This document shows, piece after piece, positions 39,278 to 42,210 of a stretch of DNA of 42,210 bases. The DNA lies in NCBI GenBank assembly GCA_044345975.1, contig JBIJAB010000001.1, positions 1-42,210 of the forward strand. Direction: 5' to 3'. The DNA is from Rhodoluna sp. GTDB lineage: Bacteria; Actinomycetota; Actinomycetes; Actinomycetales; Microbacteriaceae. The notes beneath the pieces are model-generated. The model had not been told where the DNA came from. It saw only the letters and a list, made by a program, of their open reading frames with translations, and did no database searches. The position numbers and the translations under genes were made by a program. How positions within the stretch are numbered: the first letter of the stretch is position 1; every line of letters starts with the position of its first letter.

Positions 39278-39910
39278 ATGAGAACATCAAACGCACTCAA
39301 AGTACTAGCAATTGGCACATCAATTTTTGTATTGGCAGGTTGCACGGCTGGCACTCCAGAACCAACTGCGACCCCGACACCAACCCCTACAGTCACTCAG
39401 ACGCAAGCTGAGATTGAGGCAGAGTTCTACAAGATCGCTGAAGACTCTTGTGCCAAGGGGCAACAGGAAGGACTTGTTGAAAGATTCATCAACAACGTTC
39501 CTTCAAGAATTATTGCTCTCTCTAAAGACGATGCTTACATGGATTACAGTGCAATCTACATTGATAACCAAGGCGCCGCTCAGGTTCTTTACGAACTAGA
39601 AACTACGGCCTGTGATCCTGGCTACCTAATTTCAATGATGGAAGAAGCTAATCAGGGTAACACTGGTGACTATGAGCACTATGTGAAGAAGAATGCCGAT
39701 GGCACATTTGTGTGGACGAAGAGCACTTACTTTGAAGAAGGGCCGAGACTTGCGGACACCATCTTTGAAGTTAAAGATGGACTACTAGTTAAGGCAACTC
39801 CTGAAGATGTAAAGAACACAAGACAACTAGAGTATGGACCTGTGTCAGACGAAGACATGCAGGCTCTGAAGGATGCTGTCGATAAAGAACTTGAAAGATT
39901 GAACGAGTAA
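39278..39910 (+). CDS. Hypothetical lipoprotein
   Basis: Lipobox LAGC, Pro/Thr linker PEPTATPTPTPT, acidic body with two further Cys. Confidence 0.8.
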   Translation: MRTSNALKVLAIGTSIFVLAGCTAGTPEPTATPTPTPTVTQTQAEIEAEFYKIAEDSCAKGQQEGLVERFINNVPSRIIALSKDDAYMDYSAIYIDNQGAAQVLYELETTACDPGYLISMMEEANQGNTGDYEHYVKKNADGTFVWTKSTYFEEGPRLADTIFEVKDGLLVKATPEDVKNTRQLEYGPVSDEDMQALKDAVDKELERLNE

Positions 39911-41125
39911 CTAAACAGTTACTGGTTTTAGATCTTTAAATCTTCTTCTAATGATCAGTGCTGCTATAAGCAGAACGAGGCCACACAAAACAATTGTCGA
40001 CCTGATCCCTATTGCTGCTGCCACAAAACCGATTAGTGGTGAACCAATAGGTGTTCCACCCATAAAAATCATCAAATAGATTCCCATTACTCTTCCACGT
40101 AGAGCATTGCTTGTGTTGCTTTGCACATATGTGTTGGCAGAGATAAGAGTAAGAAGAGCTGTTGCACCCATGATCGGAAGCATGATCGCAAACAACAGTG
40201 GGTTAGGTAGATAGGCAGAAAGCATCAGCAAGATTCCAAACAAACCTGCACCGCGAATAATGTTTTGAGTTGTCCTTTGCTTTTCCAGTCGCGCGGCTAG
40301 CAGCGCTCCTGAAAGAGACCCAATAGCCAGGATGCTTCCAAGAGCACCGAACTGGTCAGGACCCATGTTGAATTCTTTAGTTGCCATCAACGCGATAAAG
40401 ATTTGGAAGTTGAGACCAAAGGTTGTTGTGAAGAATACAGTCATCATCACTAGCATCAGGTCTGGTCTGGACTTCACATAGGAGAAGGCTTCAGCCAACT
40501 TGTTGTCCTTGGCAGGCTTCACAGTTATGTGTAGGTCTTTATCTCTAATGACTAGAAGCGTTACCACCATAAAGACATAGGTCACAGTGTTGATTAGGAA
40601 TGAAGGGCCCGTGCCATAGAAGAAGATCAGGTAACCACTCAAAGCAGGTCCAACAAGTCTTCCCACGTTGAAGTTAGCTGAATTCAAGCTAACTGCATTA
40701 GCAAGATCATCTTTACCGACTAGCTCGCTCGTGAAGCTAACTCGAATAGGAGAATCGATTGCTGTGAAGACGCCTAGAGCTAAAGCCAATACAAACACAT
40801 GCCAGAGTTGAACCATCCCACCAACAACTAAGAGGCCTAGAACAACTGAAGTTAATCCCGCACCGGTGTTTGTAAGAATAAGAAGTTTTCTCTTGCTGAA
40901 ACGATCTGCTAGCAGGCCACCGTAGAGGCTTAGAAGCATCGCTGGCAAGAATTGGATTGCCGTTACAAGCCCAAGCATTGCAGCATCGTTGTTTGTTAGC
41001 TCTAGAACCAGCCAGTCCTGGGCAACTCTTTGAGTCCAGGTACCAATGTTGGACATGGCGTTAGCTGGATACAGTATGCGAAAGTTTCGATGTTTGAATG
41101 ATCTCAGCGAGGAACTTTTAGGCAC
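39911..41125 (-). CDS. MFS transporter (MFS_3/DHA3-like)
   Basis: SNIGTWTQRVAQDWLV, GGLLADRFSKRKLL, LRGRVMGIY; 12 TM. Confidence 0.92.
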   Translation of the reverse strand: MPKSSSLRSFKHRNFRILYPANAMSNIGTWTQRVAQDWLVLELTNNDAAMLGLVTAIQFLPAMLLSLYGGLLADRFSKRKLLILTNTGAGLTSVVLGLLVVGGMVQLWHVFVLALALGVFTAIDSPIRVSFTSELVGKDDLANAVSLNSANFNVGRLVGPALSGYLIFFYGTGPSFLINTVTYVFMVVTLLVIRDKDLHITVKPAKDNKLAEAFSYVKSRPDLMLVMMTVFFTTTFGLNFQIFIALMATKEFNMGPDQFGALGSILAIGSLSGALLAARLEKQRTTQNIIRGAGLFGILLMLSAYLPNPLLFAIMLPIMGATALLTLISANTYVQSNTSNALRGRVMGIYLMIFMGGTPIGSPLIGFVAAAIGIRSTIVLCGLVLLIAALIIRRRFKDLKPVTV

Positions 41126-41166
41126 TGAACAAATCTACTTGCCTAATGCTCGTGTATCTTATCTTT

Positions 41167-41532
41167 ATGAAGATTAGACAGATTTCTCTTGCGTGCAGTG
41201 ACATCGAGCGTGCCGAAGAGTTCTATTCAAAGCTCCTTAAGAAGGAACCCATCGTTGTATTCCCTAACCCTGGCATGCTGTTCTATGACCTTGGTGGGAC
41301 AAGGCTTCTACTGGAACCTACAGGCTCTAAATCAATGATTTACCTAGAGGTAGAAAATGTTGTTGACAGCGTACATGAACTAAGAGAAAGGGGAGTGACT
41401 ATTGAAATAGAGCCGCACATAGTATTCCCCGATCCTCAGGGGATCTTTGATACCCCAGGCAATGAATGGCTAGCCTTCATCAAAGACTCAGAAGGAAACC
41501 TAGTTGGCTTGATGAGTAGAGAAAAGATCTAA
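41167..41532 (+). CDS. VOC/glyoxalase-family protein
   Basis: DIERAEEFY, DLGGTRLLL, AFIKDSEGNLVGL; ATG 41167 after -10 TATCTT. Confidence 0.88.
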   Translation: MKIRQISLACSDIERAEEFYSKLLKKEPIVVFPNPGMLFYDLGGTRLLLEPTGSKSMIYLEVENVVDSVHELRERGVTIEIEPHIVFPDPQGIFDTPGNEWLAFIKDSEGNLVGLMSREKI

Positions 41533-41582
41533 TCGCAATCTAGTAGCGAAAGAACTGCCCCAACACGCCAATCTGCCACGCA

Positions 41583-41619
41583 CAAAAGAAAACGGGTCCA
41601 ACTCTAAAGTCGGACCCGC
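41583..41619 (-). terminator. Intrinsic terminator of the last gene
   Basis: Minus strand GCGGGTCCGAC-tttaga-GTTGGACCCGT-TTTCTTTTG. Confidence 0.8.
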
Positions 41620-41635
41620 TACTACTTTGAAAGAA

Positions 41636-42210
41636 CTACTTAGCTTCCTTGCGTCTGTTCATCACGATAACTAGAGCCCATAGAGCTCCGGCTAGAACAG
41701 CAAAGATTGCAACAGCGTTTGAAACGGTTGGATCAGCCGGTGTTGCTAGTGTCTTCGCCTCACCACTCTGGAACATCAAGGTGTCATCGACAGGCCCGTC
41801 TTCTAGATAAGCAACGCCATCGTCTTCACCTGTTGAACCACTGAGTGGAACAGCCTTCATGCAAACCTCTGAAGAGACACCTTGATCATCTGTGGTTACT
41901 GAGCAGTCTGAATCTACTGGAATTTCTTCACCTGTCGCAGGTGTAGGGACCATCCCACCTCTTGCGCAAACATCTACTCCGTCTTCTGTCTGCCAACAGG
42001 AATCGATTGGCTTGACATCAACATCGCCTTCTCCGGTTGTGTATGCCACACCTTCTTCTGGGGTTGTGTCAATGCAGTTGTAGCCCTCTTCTTCGGTGTA
42101 CTCGTTCAAGCACTGAACAACCATCAGGTCATCTTGTTCGCGAGTGTCAGCCATCACAAGAGTTGTTGGCACGCTCACAAAGCCAGCAGCGAACATTGCT
42201 GCAATAAGAA
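41636..42210 (-). CDS. Acidic surface protein with three Cys pairs and a C-terminal TM anchor (5' end outside the window)
   Basis: Frame stays open to the window edge inside a signal-peptide-like stretch; TM plus RRKEAK tail. Confidence 0.78.
   Translation of the reverse strand, partial: LIAAMFAAGFVSVPTTLVMADTREQDDLMVVQCLNEYTEEEGYNCIDTTPEEGVAYTTGEGDVDVKPIDSCWQTEDGVDVCARGGMVPTPATGEEIPVDSDCSVTTDDQGVSSEVCMKAVPLSGSTGEDDGVAYLEDGPVDDTLMFQSGEAKTLATPADPTVSNAVAIFAVLAGALWALVIVMNRRKEAK

Overview
Chromosomal origin region of a low-GC, streamlined actinobacterium; gene order and protein style point to a Microbacteriaceae of the Rhodoluna/Aquiluna type (inference). The window holds rpsN-rpmG-rpmB, a Zur-regulated znuACB-zur operon, a pdh/bkd E1a-E1b-E2 operon, purB, dnaB, rpsF-ssb-rpsR-rplI, cca, NUDIX-(mini DUF6049)-murJ, trxBA, a PLP aminotransferase, parBA-rsmG-jag-yidC-yidD-rnpA-rpmH, dnaA-oriC-dnaN-gnd-recF-dciA-gyrBA-DUF3566, tRNA-Ile and tRNA-Ala, then a short accessory block. 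No mobile element or CRISPR is visible. The most interesting signals are: (i) an unannotated 58-aa WxG-motif ORF translationally coupled to a YxxxE-bearing, hydrolase-like orphan (possible minimal WXG100/type VII substrate pair); (ii) a parA 5' end where a 65-aa ParA-like N-terminal extension is out of frame with the ATPase body right at a parS site; (iii) two DnaA-box clusters outside oriC, one with five boxes at an exact 12-bp period; (iv) a beta clamp with an atypical peptide-binding pocket; (v) a probable ATA start codon and many leaderless promoters. All calls come from reading the sequence; no database searches were run.
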